A DNA stretch of 64,000 nt. It comes from the human T2T-CHM13v2.0 reference genome, Homo sapiens. A program made the position numbers and the translations under genes. Numbering within the stretch: position 1 is the stretch's first letter; the number at the start of each line of letters is the position of its first letter. Positions 29,939 to 44,521 of the stretch are shown piece by piece. Location: NCBI RefSeq assembly GCF_009914755.1, contig NC_060931.1; one strand, given 5' to 3'. The notes under the pieces were generated by a model. It saw only the letters and a list, made by a program, of their open reading frames with translations. It was not told where the DNA came from and made no database searches.

Positions 29939-30329
29939 CTAAAAGAAACATGATTTTCCTTTCTTAGCAAACATGATAAAGACCTTGAGGAGATATAAGC
30001 AATTTATTGATGAGGACAAGAATGGCTTTTAATTTGCCATGGGGGATTTGAGCCAGAAGTTACTGGAACACCAAATCTGTGAAGCTGACATCTGTAGGTC
30101 AAAAATAAAAACAAAAGAGCAAATAAAACACAATCCATGAACAAACACATTTTTTAAAAATTAGATTAAATTGTATAGTTCCAGTTGGAAGAAATTTTCA
30201 AAGGAAATAGTATCATCTTTTGGTTCATTGTAATATGCAAAAAAAAAAGCATTTGAAAAGATTATTCTATATCAGAGAAGCGGAGAAAATGCATAACATC
30301 TAGTTTATGGTACAATTTTTTCTCTCTGC

Positions 30330-31450
30330 TATGAATGTTAGGAAGAGTTGGGTATACCTCTTTGTGTGGACATATGTTTTCATTTATTTGGGATTGTTTC
30401 TGTGGTGACTTATTTATTTTGTGACCTTGCCAAACATTCGGGGATTTTCCAGTTGTCCTTCTATTTTTTGATGTATAGTTCAATTCCATTACATTCGTAT
30501 AACATACTTTGTATTATTTCCATTTGTAACGTTTTGGGGGCTTCTTTTGTGGTACAGGAGATGGCCTATCCCTTTGCTCCATGTACACTTGGAAAGACTA
30601 TCTTTTCTCTCATTTGATAGAGTTCTTTATAAATATCAATTTGAATAATTTGGTTGATATTGATGTTCAAGGCTTCTATATCGTTAGAGATTTTCTATTT
30701 ACTTTTTCTGTCTTATCAATTACTGCAAAAGGAGTACAATATATATTTGGTTTGTCCATTTTTTCCTTTTAGTTCTATCAGTCTTTAAAGTTCTATAAGT
30801 ACTTCAATGTTTTGTTATTGGTTCCATGCATATTTGATATTTTTATGTCTTCTCCAGATAGACCCTTTATCACTATAAAATTAAAATTTTTCTTTATCCC
30901 CCTTTTTTTTTTTTTTGACAGAGTCTTGCTCTTTCTCTGTCACCCAGGCTGAAGTGCAATGGCAAGATCTTGCCTCATTGCAACCTCTACCTCTGGGACT
31001 CAAGTGATTCCATGCCTCAGCCTCCCAAGTGGCTGGGACTACAGACATGGGCCACCATACCCAGCTAATTTTTGTATTTTTAGTAGAGATAGAGTTTCAC
31101 TGTGTTGGTCAGGCTCATCTTGAACTCCTGAGCTCAGGCGATCTGCCCGCCTCAGCCTCCCAACGTGCTGGGATTACAGGCATGAGCCACTGTGCCTGGC
31201 CATCTCTTTATCCCTTATAAAAGTCATTTTGAAATATGCTTTGTGTGATATTAATATAGTCTTCCAGCTCTCTTTTCAATAGTATTTGCATATGTTATTT
31301 TTAATTTTTAAACTTTCTATATTTTTATGCTTAAAGGGGATTGTTCTATAGACAGAATACTTTTGGTCTTGCTTTTTTTTTTAAAGCCAATATGACAATC
31401 TCTGCATTTTAATTGGAATATTTAGACCATATAAATGTAAGGTAAAGTGA
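30330..31450 (-). mobile_element. Ancient L1M fragment (ORF2 endonuclease-side region)
   Basis: AT-rich L1M-like motifs 'gaccctttatcactataaaat', 'gatattaatatagt', 'atgacaatctctgcattttaattgg'. Confidence 0.6.
30903..31201 (-). mobile_element. AluJb/Sz-like
   Basis: Full Alu; TSD tctttatccc on both sides. Confidence 0.93.
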
Positions 31451-31457
31451 TAATATT

Positions 31458-31850
31458 TGTGGTTGGCCAAATAATGCCATACCCAAAGATATCCACAGCC
31501 TAATCCACAGGATCTGAGAACGTACATGATAAAGGGGATTACATTATGTTGCAGATGAAGTTGAGGTTAATAATGAGTTGACCTGAAAATAGGGAGATTA
31601 TCTTATTTAATTAATTACAGGGTCCTTAATACTGGAATAGGGAAGTGGAAGGGAGAGACTGTGGCATAAAAAGGGCTTGGCCCAATTTTGATATACAAAA
31701 GTGATCAATAGGCAAGGAATATGGGCAACCTCTATAAACTGAAAAAGAAAAAGCTGTTTGGATTCTTTCACAGAAGAAAAGCAGTCCTACTGATAACTTC
31801 ATTTTAGTTAATTGAGACCCATTTCAGAAATCCAATGCTGGGAAGTAATA
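31458..31850 (+). mobile_element. MLT1C/D-like MaLR LTR
   Basis: 'tgtggttggccaaataatgcc...cccaaagatatccac', 'atagggagattatc', 'attttagttaattgagaccc'. Confidence 0.7.
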
Positions 31851-33519
31851 CAGAATAGTGAAGGTAAAGTTACAAAGATGAAATTTTTCATCTCATCAAT
31901 TGGCATTCGTGTGTATGTATACGTACATAAACTCATAGTATATATATACATATACACACAAACACAAAACCCACATATATCTACTTAATTAAATCAATTA
32001 AAATTCAGTCACATTTTTAGTACCTTCAATATGTAATTTAGCAGTTACAGTGGCATCTATCCCTAAATAGTTTTTATTTATGGGGTATGATATGTAATAA
32101 CTGAAGTGGTGATAATACAAAGTACTATGATATTTGACAAAAGTAAAGTGCAAATTGAATCCAAATGCTAAATAAGGAATAAAATTAGTACTCGAGTGTA
32201 ACAAATCATGACTGCAGAAGTGTTTAATGAAAAGTTTACATATGAAATGGATATTGCAAAGAGCTCTTAAATGCCTTTACTAAGATGTTTAGACTTTAGT
32301 CAAGAGTTAGTGGGGAAGATGAAAATGTTTTCTCTTTTCTTTTCTTTCCTTTTTTTTTTTTAAGTAGTGAAATCATCTAAACCAGAATCCTCTTTTAGAA
32401 AGATCATATTGATGGTAGTAAAGAAATGGAAATGGCAAGAACATACGAGAAGGGTGTCTAGGTTAAAAACTAATGAAATAATTCATCCATGAGAAATAAA
32501 AGAATAAACTCTGTACTGGAAGGATATAAAAAGGAAACATATATGAATACTACAGAAGTAGAATGAACAGAATTTGAAGACAGAAAACCTATAAAATGGT
32601 TTTTATATAAATTATTTAAATTATATATAATTTATAAGTTGGATCTCCTGGGTTTTGTACTCAGTGGTTAAACTCCTTGTAATTCCATGTATGAACTATT
32701 ATTTACTTTGCTAGTATTTATATCTTACGGCCAGCCTCTTAATAATTTGAATAATATTATTATGTCCATCAGATAGAAAGAGAAAGGGTAGTAAAATGGA
32801 ATCCAATTAGTTGTCTTTCCTACTTGCCAGTAATATTCTGGGAAAAAAAAAAACAGTTAATATGGTATAAGCTTATACGTTTTTACTTTATATACTGCCT
32901 TAATATATAATTAGAAGATGAATGTAAGTAAAAGTCCTACTATATTTGATCTTTGGATGACTTCACAACCAATAATTGTTTTTTCACCTGAACTTCACAT
33001 TTAAAACTTTCAAGCAAGAGAACTTAGAGAATGCACAATTGCTCACTCCAAGTACTTGTAACAGTAGAATATTTATATATGTAAAAATGTGAAATTATTA
33101 TTTATAATCTATCCCTTTTGTATATATAAGTCTCATCTGGTAATTATGCCACAAACTCAGAAGAAAGTGTAATCACAGGCATATAAATATATAATATATA
33201 TATTTTTATGTCATATTCATTATCACAATGTAATTTTATTTGATAAATAAATTAAGCCTAGTTAATACTATAGAAAAGGACTATGACTTTATTTCTCTTA
33301 ATGGATTATTTGTAGCAAAAATAATATAATTTTGTTTGAAAAACAGTTATTTACAGGTATAATATATAGAGGAAATTGGTTGGAAATAAAGCAATTATTT
33401 GCTATGAAACTTTTTAGATGTCACCCCTACCTAACTTGTAGAATTCTTGGTCTTTTGGAATGTATGGCATAGAGACCTTTATGAAAGATAATTCCATTAC
33501 CTCTCTGTTTCAGATGTAT

Positions 33520-34443
<924 letters not shown>

Positions 34444-35755
34444 TAAATTAAAGGTCTTTACTACTTCAGTAAGTACATATTTGTACTTAGCAAAGGGAGA
34501 TATAAAATAGTCCAGTGAAAACAAGAAATTCAGCTGAGGATCTTAATGTATTTCTTATTACACATAGCAAGATCTTATTCTTAAAATCTTTAAAATTTTT
34601 TAAATCATATATATCTGGGGCAGGGAGGAAGGAGTTCACTGTGTTCGTAAGCTTGGCTTCAAATATCAATAGATGTAGGCAAGTAGGTAATTCTTAGATG
34701 ACAAAATAAGAATGTGTATTGTTATGAAAGCTGGCTTTTCTGCTCCAAGAACAATAAAGTTGGCTGGTTGGCAAGATAAGAGACAGCTGGAAGCTGAAGA
34801 TTAAGTGTGTAAGAGTATTATATTTTGAAATTTGAGAAATGACCTCAGCGCTACTTGCTCCTACCACTCTATCTGCAGCAAAACTGTTTATAACATTATG
34901 TTCCAGGAAAGTATAGGAAACAGATCTACCGACATTGCACATGATGAAAACTCATAAATTCAAAAAAAAATGCTTTCTAATAACATACAGAAACAAGGCT
35001 AAAAGTTAGAACTACAGTTCAGGCATCTATGCTGGTAAAGTCCCTAAGCCTTATTAATCAAATTATTAGTAAATTTGCAAAATAAAGAAATGACTTACAA
35101 TTGACAACTTCATGGGCAAAAGAACTGAAATTGTGGGAGAAAACTGAAAATCACTTCTCAACTATTTCTGTAATGTATGTCAATAGCAAAACCCAGAATT
35201 TTCAAACCTTATTTTCCAAAGGGAAAACTAGAAAAAGAGCTGCATGCTGCACATTTGTTATTAAGGGGACTGATTCGAAATCAGTCGAAATGTAAAGATG
35301 AAGTTTTTCACCATTGAAAATTATTTCCAGATATGTGGATTTTTTGGCTACAGCAAGATAATAAACAGTTTAGGAACAAAAACAGAGCTGTAAATCACCA
35401 CCACTCATGATCCAGGACTTCAAGTAATGGTGAAAAATAGAACAATAATTATTGCCCCCGACCCTCCTAAAAACACGCAGTCTTCTGCTTGGGGAAGAAA
35501 GGAGAGAGAAGAGAAAGAAATCACAGAAATAGCCAAAGGGAAAAACGAAAGAGGAAAAGGTGCAAAGCAAGAAAGCAGGAGAGTGAAGCTGAGTTTTATG
35601 GCTCCTTCTGTTCCCTGGTTGCGTGCACCCATATCTTCCCTGGTCTAAAGAGTTCTAAAGATGATGTATAAGGGAGCAATGCAAAAATAGCAGAGAATAA
35701 TTTGGGTAATTTATTAGGTCTGTAACAACTCTCATTTTCATTATCATCACATTAC

Positions 35756-35937
35756 CTTTTACGTTCACTCTTCCCAGCTTGAAGTGCAAAATGCAGATGG
35801 CAAGTTCCTTTGAGAAAGCACATTGTTTTGTTGCTTAATGTTTCAAAAGGAAGATGTATAATGAATTGAGCATAACACATAATTACAGCTTGTTCACTGT
35901 ATTTAGCATCGAAAAGTTCATAGCCAGATGGAAACAT
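35756..35937 (-). other. Candidate exon A (182 nt, begins with ATG)
   Basis: Acceptor 'ctcctagttttcgtcag|ATG'; donor AAG|gtaatg; coincides with ORF 35752-35937 in unique sequence. Confidence 0.35.
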
Positions 35938-36845
35938 CTGACGAAAACTAGGAGTGTCTCTTACTAAGCATGTGCCAAAATATGTCTAGGACCTAAATTT
36001 ATGAATCCTGGGCATAAGCACTTTTAAATAGAAATGCTAATAGATATTTGACTATAGTGTCAAGAAAATCCCTGCTCTAATGAAAATGTTCAGATGTTTC
36101 AATAGGCTAAAGCTTGACAAGAATAAGGGATACAGAATTTTGTAGACCCTGCTGGGTTTTTTTTTTTTTTTTTTCCATTAGAAAAAGAAGGAGAAACCGT
36201 GGTATCCAGGCACAGGGAATACATTTCTGGAAGCTGTTTTAGAAGAACACACCAGCAAAAGAACCAATACATTCTAGTTACATTGTAAAATATTAGATGC
36301 TTTTATTTTATTCAACTATTACTCAATATAAAATATTGTTCACAGTCAAAAGAAAAGTCATCCTTAAGCCTTTTATTAGAATTTTTCATAATGTTATTTA
36401 GATAGACTCCCAGCATGCCTGTTTAAGATTGCCTTACAAAGCAGAGGCAAAAGTCTAGGCTGTCTTGGAAAAAGGGTTAAAAGTAATTTAGGTTTTATTC
36501 CAATAATATATACTTCATAGAAATGGACTTCCGAGTCTCGACTATATGTTTATAAAACCTGAACATAAGAATAATTCCATCCCTTTCATCCACCTCACAT
36601 TTATAAGAAAAATAGCAAATGTTTCCAATTACTTGGTGTTTGGGATGAGTGTACAATGGACCCTTTCATTTTATGAATGTGACATTTGAGTAAGTTAAGT
36701 TTGTAGATACGGCATTTCAGCAAGTTTGTTGTACGTAAAGACATTATTGAAATGAGGTTCAGAACATTTGCATTGCAATGTATCTACTTAAAAATACCTT
36801 TGTATCCTCATTAAAATCTTAGACTCCATCCCTCCAAAACATACG

Positions 36846-36879
36846 CACACACACAGACACACACACACACACACACACA
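36846..36879 (+). repeat. (CA)n microsatellite
   Basis: Direct observation. Confidence 0.9.
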
Positions 36880-37049
36880 ACTAACTTTTCATAGTGTTAG
36901 CAACGGGAGAAAAGAAAAGGACAGATAATACCTCATCATTTATTTCATTTTATGGTAGGAACAATACAGAGATACAAAACTATTCGTGAAAACTTCCTTG
37001 TTGTCCGGTGTCAACTGAACAAGTTAGATTGCATTTACTGTGGCCTTTA

Positions 37050-38300
37050 ATCACATTCTCCTGAGTTCCAACTATGTGTAATTCCTACTCAGGATACCTA
37101 CTGGGATGTGTAATGGGCATATCGAACTTGAACATGCCTCAGACAGAATTTTTGATACATTCTACCTGTCCGGAGCTACTGTTCTTTGATTCCCTACCAA
37201 ATTTTCAGTTCATGAGACCTTTATCAACACTTTTGCAGCCCAAAAATGTAGTGGATAGCTTTGACTCTTTTCTTCTCTACTACCTTCATGCTGCCAGCAC
37301 TCCCTCTCCCATATAGTTAGTTTATTGGATTGTATTATTCTACCTCCCTTATCATTGTTTGTATGATTTACTACATTTGTCTCCTAAACGAACTCCTTGT
37401 TTTCATTCTTGACCTGTTAAAGCATATTCCCTAAAGGCCAGCTAAAGGGATCTGTTTGGAACATATATGTTTATGTTCTAGGCCACTGCCACTTTCTTGA
37501 TCTAATTTGTCTCACATTTTGCTTTGTTCACTGACTTTCAAACAAACTAGTATTCTTTCTAGTCCATCAGAAGCCAAGCTCCTTCTTCCCTCAGAGTATT
37601 TGTACATTTCTTCTTTGCATAAATGCTCTAAATTTACATTTTTCATTCAGGTATTGTATTAGTCTGTTCCCACACTGCTAATAAAGACATATCCAAGGCT
37701 GGGTAATTTATAAAGGAAAGAAGTTTAGTTGACTCAAAGTTCCACATGGCTGGGGAGGCCCCACAATTATGGCTGAAGGCAAATGAGGAGCAAAATCACC
37801 TCTTACACAGCAGCAGGCAAGAGAGCTTGTGCAGGGAAACTCCCAATTATAAAACCATCAGATCTCATGAGATTTATTCACTACCATGAGAACAGTGTGG
37901 AGAAGCCTCCCCCATGATTCAGTTGTCTCCACCTGGCCTCACCCTTGACTTGTGGGGATTATTACAATTCAAGGTGAAATTTGGGTGGGGACACAGCCAA
38001 ACCATATCAGGTATCAAGTCAAACTTTATTTTCTCTTGAAGGATCCCCCTACTGACTCTCAGCTTTGTCAGTAACCAGTATATCACTATTTCTTCTCAGT
38101 AATTGAACATAACTGTCTGATACTAGAATGCCATATTTATCTGTTCTAATATTAATAGAATGTTATATTTATTTGATTTACTTATGGCCCATCTTTCTCT
38201 CCATTTGAATGTTAGTTCTCTGAGAGCAAGGAACTCATTTGTTCTGTTCACTGTATATCCAACATCAGGCACTGAGTAAATATTCAAAATTTATTCTTCC
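37050..38300 (+). mobile_element. L2 fragments flanking THE1
   Basis: 'gggcatatcgaacttgaacatg', 'gactcttttcttctc', 3' end 'gaatgttagttctctgagagcaagg...tgttcactgtatatcc'. Confidence 0.6.
37655..38009 (-). mobile_element. THE1B/C MaLR solo LTR
   Basis: 'tgtattagtctgtt...ggggacacagccaaaccatatca'; perfect 5-bp TSD GGTAT at 37650-37654 and 38010-38014. Confidence 0.95.
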
Positions 38301-38493
38301 AAAAAGTCAGCAAATTTCTGAGATCACCCCAGTCATGACCTGTGATAAACTTTAATGGCAGATATCCATAAGATTAAACGGCAGGTTCATTGTTTCCAGT
38401 CAAATACATGCAGCATTTACTTTTGCCTAAAGTATTCTATTGTTTTTTGCTGTGCTTGTCCAAAATTTTATTTTTTAGTAAATAAGTGACTCT

Positions 38494-39006
38494 TTGTTGA
38501 AGCATGACCAGGACAAACTTAATGTCTTCAGCTGGACCATGCTTTAGACAGGCTTCTTCCTTCTCTAGCTAGGCCCACCCAGCCTCTCTTTCCTTATAGC
38601 ATTTACTTTAGAAAACTTTCAATGGAAAATCCTTTCTCTTCCCTTTGAGATGTAAATTTAAGAGGCTTTTTAGCCTCTTATCCAGGACTGTCTTTTTCGA
38701 AGAAGTGGGAGCCATCCCTTTGAAATGTGATTATCAAGAATGATAGTGCCCCTATCTTCCAGTGTCTATGAAAGCTAACTAGAGGGAGCCGTGTTCCAAT
38801 TTGTAAAACTACTTCCTGTCTGAAGATACAAGTTTACACAAATGGCCTGAAATATCCTCCTTCACCTCGGCTACTAATAATCCTGCTGTTGGTTTCAGCT
38901 GAATTGAGTTCAGACTCAGTTCTGGTTTCACTCCCCTTCAACAATAGTGTTCAATAAACTCTTCGTTGCCTCTTTACGTTTCTCCAGAGCCATTTTTGCT
39001 TCAGCA
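38494..39006 (+). mobile_element. ERV1 (MER4-group) solo LTR, MER89/MER90-like
   Basis: TG..CA ends; 'tttagacaggcttcttcc', 'catttactttagaaaact', 'gggagccatccctttgaaatgt'; AATAAA at ~38954. Confidence 0.6.
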
Positions 39007-39009
39007 GGT

Positions 39010-39905
39010 TGAATTAACTAACAGTAAAATGCAGGGATCTTAAGTGGCATTTCAAGAAGTTTCAACAAATGTGTGAGTCCATGCAATCCCTATCCCTCTC
39101 TAGTTGTAGAATATTCTCATCATCCTAGGAAGTTCCTTCTCATGTGCTTTCTTCCAAACTCCAGCTTCATAGAAACAACTGCTGATTTATTTCCACCATT
39201 ATGACTAATTCCATTTATTCCAGAAATGCATATGCATAGATTTATACAGGATGTGTGTGCTCTTTTCTTTCTGGGTTAATTTACACAGCTTGATGTTTTT
39301 GAGATTTATTCGTGATGCTATTTATACCAGTATTTTATGCCTTTGTATTAGTGAGTAGTATGCCACAGTGTGACTATATCTGTTGGTTGATAGATAGCTG
39401 TGGTTTCTCCAGTTGGGGGTTATTATGCATGAGGCTGCTAGGAACATTCGTGTATAACGCTTTTGTTTTATAAACTTACATTTTTATGTTTGGGAGATGA
39501 ATCCTCAGGAACAGAATTGGGTCATAAGAGAAAATGTAAGTTTAAACTGTTAAGAAACTGCCTAAGAGTTTCCCAAATTGCATTGCTTTACATTTTCATC
39601 AACAAAGTATGAGTTCTGGCTGTTTCACATCCTCTCCAACATCTAATGTCAGGCTTTTTAACTGGAATCATTTTAGTAAGTGTGCTTAGTGGCTCAGTAT
39701 AGTTTTAATTTGCCTTTCTCTGATTGCTAATGATGTTAAGCACTCTTCCATGTGGTTATTGACCATTTACGTAACTTCTTTTGTAAAATATCTACTTAAA
39801 TTTTTCCCATTTATTTAGTGGCTTCTTGGTCTATATATTACCTCTTTTATAGTAGTTTTTAGTACTCTGAATAAAAATTATTTGTCACATATTTTCATAA
39901 AATAT
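39010..39905 (-). mobile_element. L1ME-type 3' region (further fragments ~46116-47570, 50090-52500, 61265-61870)
   Basis: 'gtaaaatgcagggatcttaagt', 'gctgctaggaacattcgtgta', 'aagaaactgcc', 'ctaatgatgttaagcactcttc'. Confidence 0.7.
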
Positions 39906-40088
39906 GCTTCTAGAACCTTCCTCCAATACATCAATAACCAACCCTTCTCTGTAGCCCCTCCCTTAATCTATCTATCCAACACCCATTCAACTTCTAAACT
40001 TTCAACATACTCATGGATATTAGGTCTCACCTACAAAAGCTCAGGTGGCCTAAACCCAGGTCACCTACATTGGACTCATCCTAACCCC

Positions 40089-40681
40089 TGTAGATCCAGA
40101 AAATCTGAGACAGGTCTCAGTTAATTTAGGAAGTTTATTTTGCCAAGGTTGAGGACACATGCCACTGACACAGTCTCAGGAAGTCCTGACGACATGTGCC
40201 CAAGGTGGTTGGGGTGTAGCTTGGTTTTATGCATTTTAGGGAGACATGAGACATCAATCAAGTACATTTAATAAATACATTGATTTGGTACAGAAAGGCG
40301 GGACAACTCAAAGCAGGGGCTTCCAGGCTATAGGTATATTTAAACATTTTCTGGTTGACAATTGGTTGAGTTTGTCTAAAGACCTGGGATCAGTAGAAAG
40401 GAATGTTTGGGTTGCAATAAGAGGTTGTGGAGACCAAAGTCTTATCTTACAGATGAAGCTTTTAGCTAGCAGGCTTCAGAGAGAACAGGCTGTAAGATGT
40501 TTCTTATCAGACTTAAAGTCTGTGTTGATGTTAATGCCAGAGAAGTATAATGAGGCATGTCTGAACCCCACTTCCCTTCATGGCTTGAACCAGTCTTTCA
40601 GGTTAAAGTTTAAGAGTCTTGACTGAAGAGGAAGTCCATTTAGATGGTTGGGGGGCCTTAGAATTTTATTTTTGGTTTACA
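40089..40681 (-). mobile_element. MER4A1-like solo LTR inserted in the ERV RT
   Basis: 'ctgagacaggtctcagttaatttag', 'gtcctgacgacatgtgcccaaggtgg', 'ttttggtttaca'; 4-bp TSD CCCC. Confidence 0.9.
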
Positions 40682-41419
40682 CCCCTCAATCTCAGGCCAT
40701 ACCAACCTGACAAAAAGCTAATTTGGGATATGTCCCTTCCTCATACAAAGAAAAACCTCTTCTCCTTCTTAGGCCTCGTGGGATCCGTCCAGCTGTGAAT
40801 TCCCATCTTCAGCTTACTGACCAAGCCACTCTACATGGCATCATGTGGGTCCATCCTAAAAACCCTGGACCCAGCTTGCCCCATTAACTCCCATTTCAAA
40901 AAAACTGAAAAAATGCTCTTTTAATGGCCCCAGCACTGGGACTACTCAACCCCACCAAGCCCTTTACTCTGTATGCTTATTCCAACCAAGGGCTTGCTCT
41001 TGGGCTACTCTGTCAGACATATGGCAATGTCCTGCAAGCCACTACATACCTCTCAACATAACCGGACTCTGTCATCCAAGGTTGGCCATCCTGTTTAAGG
41101 ATTTTGGATGTGGCCATGCTGCTGGCCTCAGAAGCACAAAAACTAAACATCTACTAACACCTTACTGTTGCATCCTCTCATAACCTACAGGAACTCATGA
41201 GCCATCACTCCCTCCTTTCCCTACTGCCATCCTGCCTACAGCAAATACATGCCTTACTCATAATCAATCTTTAGTCGCCTTCCAAAGATGCAAATCTCTC
41301 AACCTGGCCACCCTCCTTCCTATGAGTACCTCCAACTCTGAACTGTCTCACTCTTGCTTGGACCTTTTAGATTCCCTTTCTTTCCCTTTCCAACACGTAG
41401 AAGAAACCCCTAACCTGGG

Positions 41420-42990
41420 ACACCTACATGGCTTATTAATGGAAGTGCTTTTAAGGAACCACATCCTGAGTAGACTACACCATCACTGACAAAAAAAATG
41501 GACTCTTGGAGTCCAATCTCCTCCCATCCCATACCACCTCCCAACAAGTAGAACTAGTTGCCCTAACCAGGGCCCTCACCCTAGCAAAAGGAAAGAGGGT
41601 TAATATATACACCGACTCTAAGTATGCATACTACATGCTACATTCCCATGTCCTAATCTGGCAGGAAAGAGGTTTTCTGACCACCAAAGGAACCCCAATA
41701 GTAAATGGCAGGCTAATAGGTAAGCTGCTGGAGGCAGCTAAACTACCACTAGAGATTGCCATTATCCATTACAAAGAACATCAACGGGCTACAAACACCA
41801 TTGCTAAGAGGAACACCTTGGTGGATTCGTAGCCTAGCAGGCAGCTCTTAAAATCCCCTGACTACTATCCATTTTTTTCCCAGCATACACCCTGTATATA
41901 CCCAGGAGGAACAAACCTCACTCTCCCAGGCTGGCGCCATTCAGGAAGGAGAATTCTATCTCAATAACAAAATTCTCCTGCCCAAGTCCCAGGAACCCTC
42001 TGTTCTCTCATATGTACACGAGCATTCCATGCCACTTAGTGCCCCCTACTCCAGCTCTTAAAAACTTACATACATTGTCCCACCATGGCTGCCAATCTCA
42101 AAGGTATTACTAAGGTCTGTTCCATTTGCACTCAAACTTCCCCCTCAGGGAACCATGAGGCCCCTCCTTTCCCCACACACCAGGCCCAAGTACACCTGCC
42201 AGAACAGGACTGACAAATCAACTTCACCCACATGCCCCCTGTAAAACTGGTCCAGTATCTTCTGACAATAGTAAATACATCCACTGGATAAACAAAATCT
42301 TTTCCTACTACCACCAAAAAGGCACACACTATCAGTTCTATTCTCTTCACTCATATTATTCCCCAGTTTGAACTCCCCTCTTCCACCCAGCCAGACAACA
42401 GGTCAGCATTTGTTTCATAGGTTAACCAACAGCTGGTAGAGGCTCTAAACATCAAATGAGTCTTCCATATCCCCTACCACCTCCAATCTTCAGGTAAAGT
42501 TGCACCGGCCAATGCCCTTTTAAAGCAGCAACTGACCAAACTCTCCCTAGAGGTTAAGATGGCCTGGACTTCACTTCTCCCATTGGCCCTCATGTATTTA
42601 CAAGCCATTCCCTGCAAGCCCCTCAGCCTAAGCCCATTTGAACTCATGTACAGACACCCCTTTATCCTCCAGAATCTCTCTCTATTCCCCTTCTGTCTAT
42701 ATGGGATACTTGGCCAGCATTACACTTCATTAAACATCTAATAAAACACTACGCTAACACTTACTTGCCCAAGCCTGAAGGCTGATCCTCTGAATACTCC
42801 TCCCCCTCCCTGCAACCAGGGGACTGAGTCTGGATTGCAGACTCCTCCTCCCTTCTCCAAACTAAGTAAATGGGTCCTCACCAAGTTATCCTAGGTATTT
42901 CCATGGTGGCAAATCTAGCATCTTTTCCACAATGGATACACCATTCCAAACTAAAAAGAGCACCAGACCCACATCCAAAAATTTCCTTAA
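41420..42990 (+). pseudogene. ERV pol RNase H and integrase, disrupted
   Basis: ORF 41506-41832 (RNase H); integrase motifs 'QD*QINFTHMP', 'PDNRSAFVS', 'HIPYHLQSSGKV', 'SPFELMY', 'WIHHSKLK'. Confidence 0.9.
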
Positions 42991-44171
42991 CCCAAAGATA
43001 TTCTTCCTCCCTCAAATCACTGCACTTAACAAGAATTCCAGAGGTTGTCAGCCCTAAAGGCCCTGGCCCATAACACTTTCCATCTCCAATTTTAAATCTT
43101 TCATTTGATAACTTGTTTCAGATCTTTCCTGGTACCCCTTTCCCATGTCCTGAAACAGTCCACTTCAATTTCTCACACTAATCCAGAAGCTATGGTTGCA
43201 AATCACCTTCCAAAATTTCACTCCTACTCAAATCTCCCTTTGCTCCCTTTGTCTTCTTTGTTTGTGAGATGCTCTAAGTCCCCACCCACAACCTTTGACA
43301 GTTGAGCACCCTTTGCCAACCTAATGCACTACCTCCTCAGCCAAGCCCAGTCTCCCCTCTCCTCTAGTTGCTGAATATGCTTATCCACACAAACCCAACA
43401 GTTTTCCTGCCATCCCCACAGACTTACACACCTGGACTCAGTCTAGCATGACCCTGCACCTCATATATAAGGCTGTTCCATTTTCTGAAACTTTTTATAC
43501 CCTCGGCCATCTAAACACCTTCCCCCCACAGACATTTTTTTCTTTTCAAAACTCTAAACTCAGGGCCGTTACCCTCCTATGACTCCTTACTCCTGGTCTA
43601 TCCCTAATACAGGCAAATTCCCTCAGACCACCCACTGGAAGTTTCATTTCCACCCAGACATCACTCACAGTTCAGGTCCCCCTCTGCTTTTGCAGATCTT
43701 TCTCCAACCCCAACCATGGGACTCTGGTGGGCAGTCTACCTCCATCCCTGTACAACTTTACCCTCACTTTCAACCCATGTCAGGATCATCAAAATCACCA
43801 AATAAATCACTGAACAGGATCTTCCTCAGCCTTCAAAAATCCACTGCGATTTTCTGCAACCCCCCCTTCCATCTTGGCACCCACTTCTTCCATCTCCTCC
43901 CCACCTCTCTCTGTAGGCGAGACTCACATGTACTCAGGTTGAGGAAATCCACTGGAGGGAATGCAATAACTCCTCTCTCTCATGCTTCCTCCTGCCTAGC
44001 CCTTCTTCCAACTCACAATGGCTGTTAATGGACAAAACCCATTATTTCCTTTTTACAAAATCACACTTCCTTCACTCCTTCCCCCACTAACATACTTTAT
44101 CAGTCACTCACCAGAGCTGTCCTTGAAGGTAACTTTTCAATATGGGAGAATAAGAAAAATGTCCAAGAGGG

Positions 44172-44501
44172 TATAAGGAAAATGGTTGTGCTTCAGTCAG
44201 GAGTAGGCTGAGGCAGATATCTGGTACAGCATGACACAGCAGGTTTCGAGTGCAGGTGCATAAACCCCTGCTCTATGTAATCAGATTTATGTAGCCATTT
44301 AATGTAACCTGTTTGTGTGAGCTCATATCTGGCTTTGAGTCTCTTTTGTCTGTGAGAAATATAACTGCACTGCTGACTCTGTAGGAGAGAGACAGAATAA
44401 AGCCATGTCCCAACTGCCTACAGTCCCTCGAGTGTACTTTCAGCTACCTGCCACCTGTCCACCAGCTCCTCTCAGGCCCCAGCTCGGATTGGAACCTGAC
44501 A
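44172..44501 (+). mobile_element. LTR18-type (HERV-S / HERVL18) 5' LTR nested in env
   Basis: 'tataaggaaaatggttgtgcttcagtcaggagtaggctgagg', AATAAA at ~44397, end 'ggaacctgaca', directly followed by a PBS. Confidence 0.8.
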
Positions 44502-44503
44502 AT

Positions 44504-44521
44504 TGATGTAGTCATCAGGAT
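44504..44521 (+). promoter_or_regulatory. Retroviral primer-binding site, tRNA-Ser type
   Basis: TGATGTAGTCATCAGGAT vs TGGCGTAGTCGGCAGGAT (complement of tRNA-Ser 3' end), 14/18, 2 nt after the LTR end. Confidence 0.75.

Noticed and set aside
40246-40626. 126-aa ORF
   Set aside because: Lies wholly within the antisense MER4A1 LTR
43579-44028. 149-aa ORF as a co-opted env (syncytin-like)
   Set aside because: env is broken by stops and frameshifts, interrupted by LTR18, and lacks the fusion-peptide region
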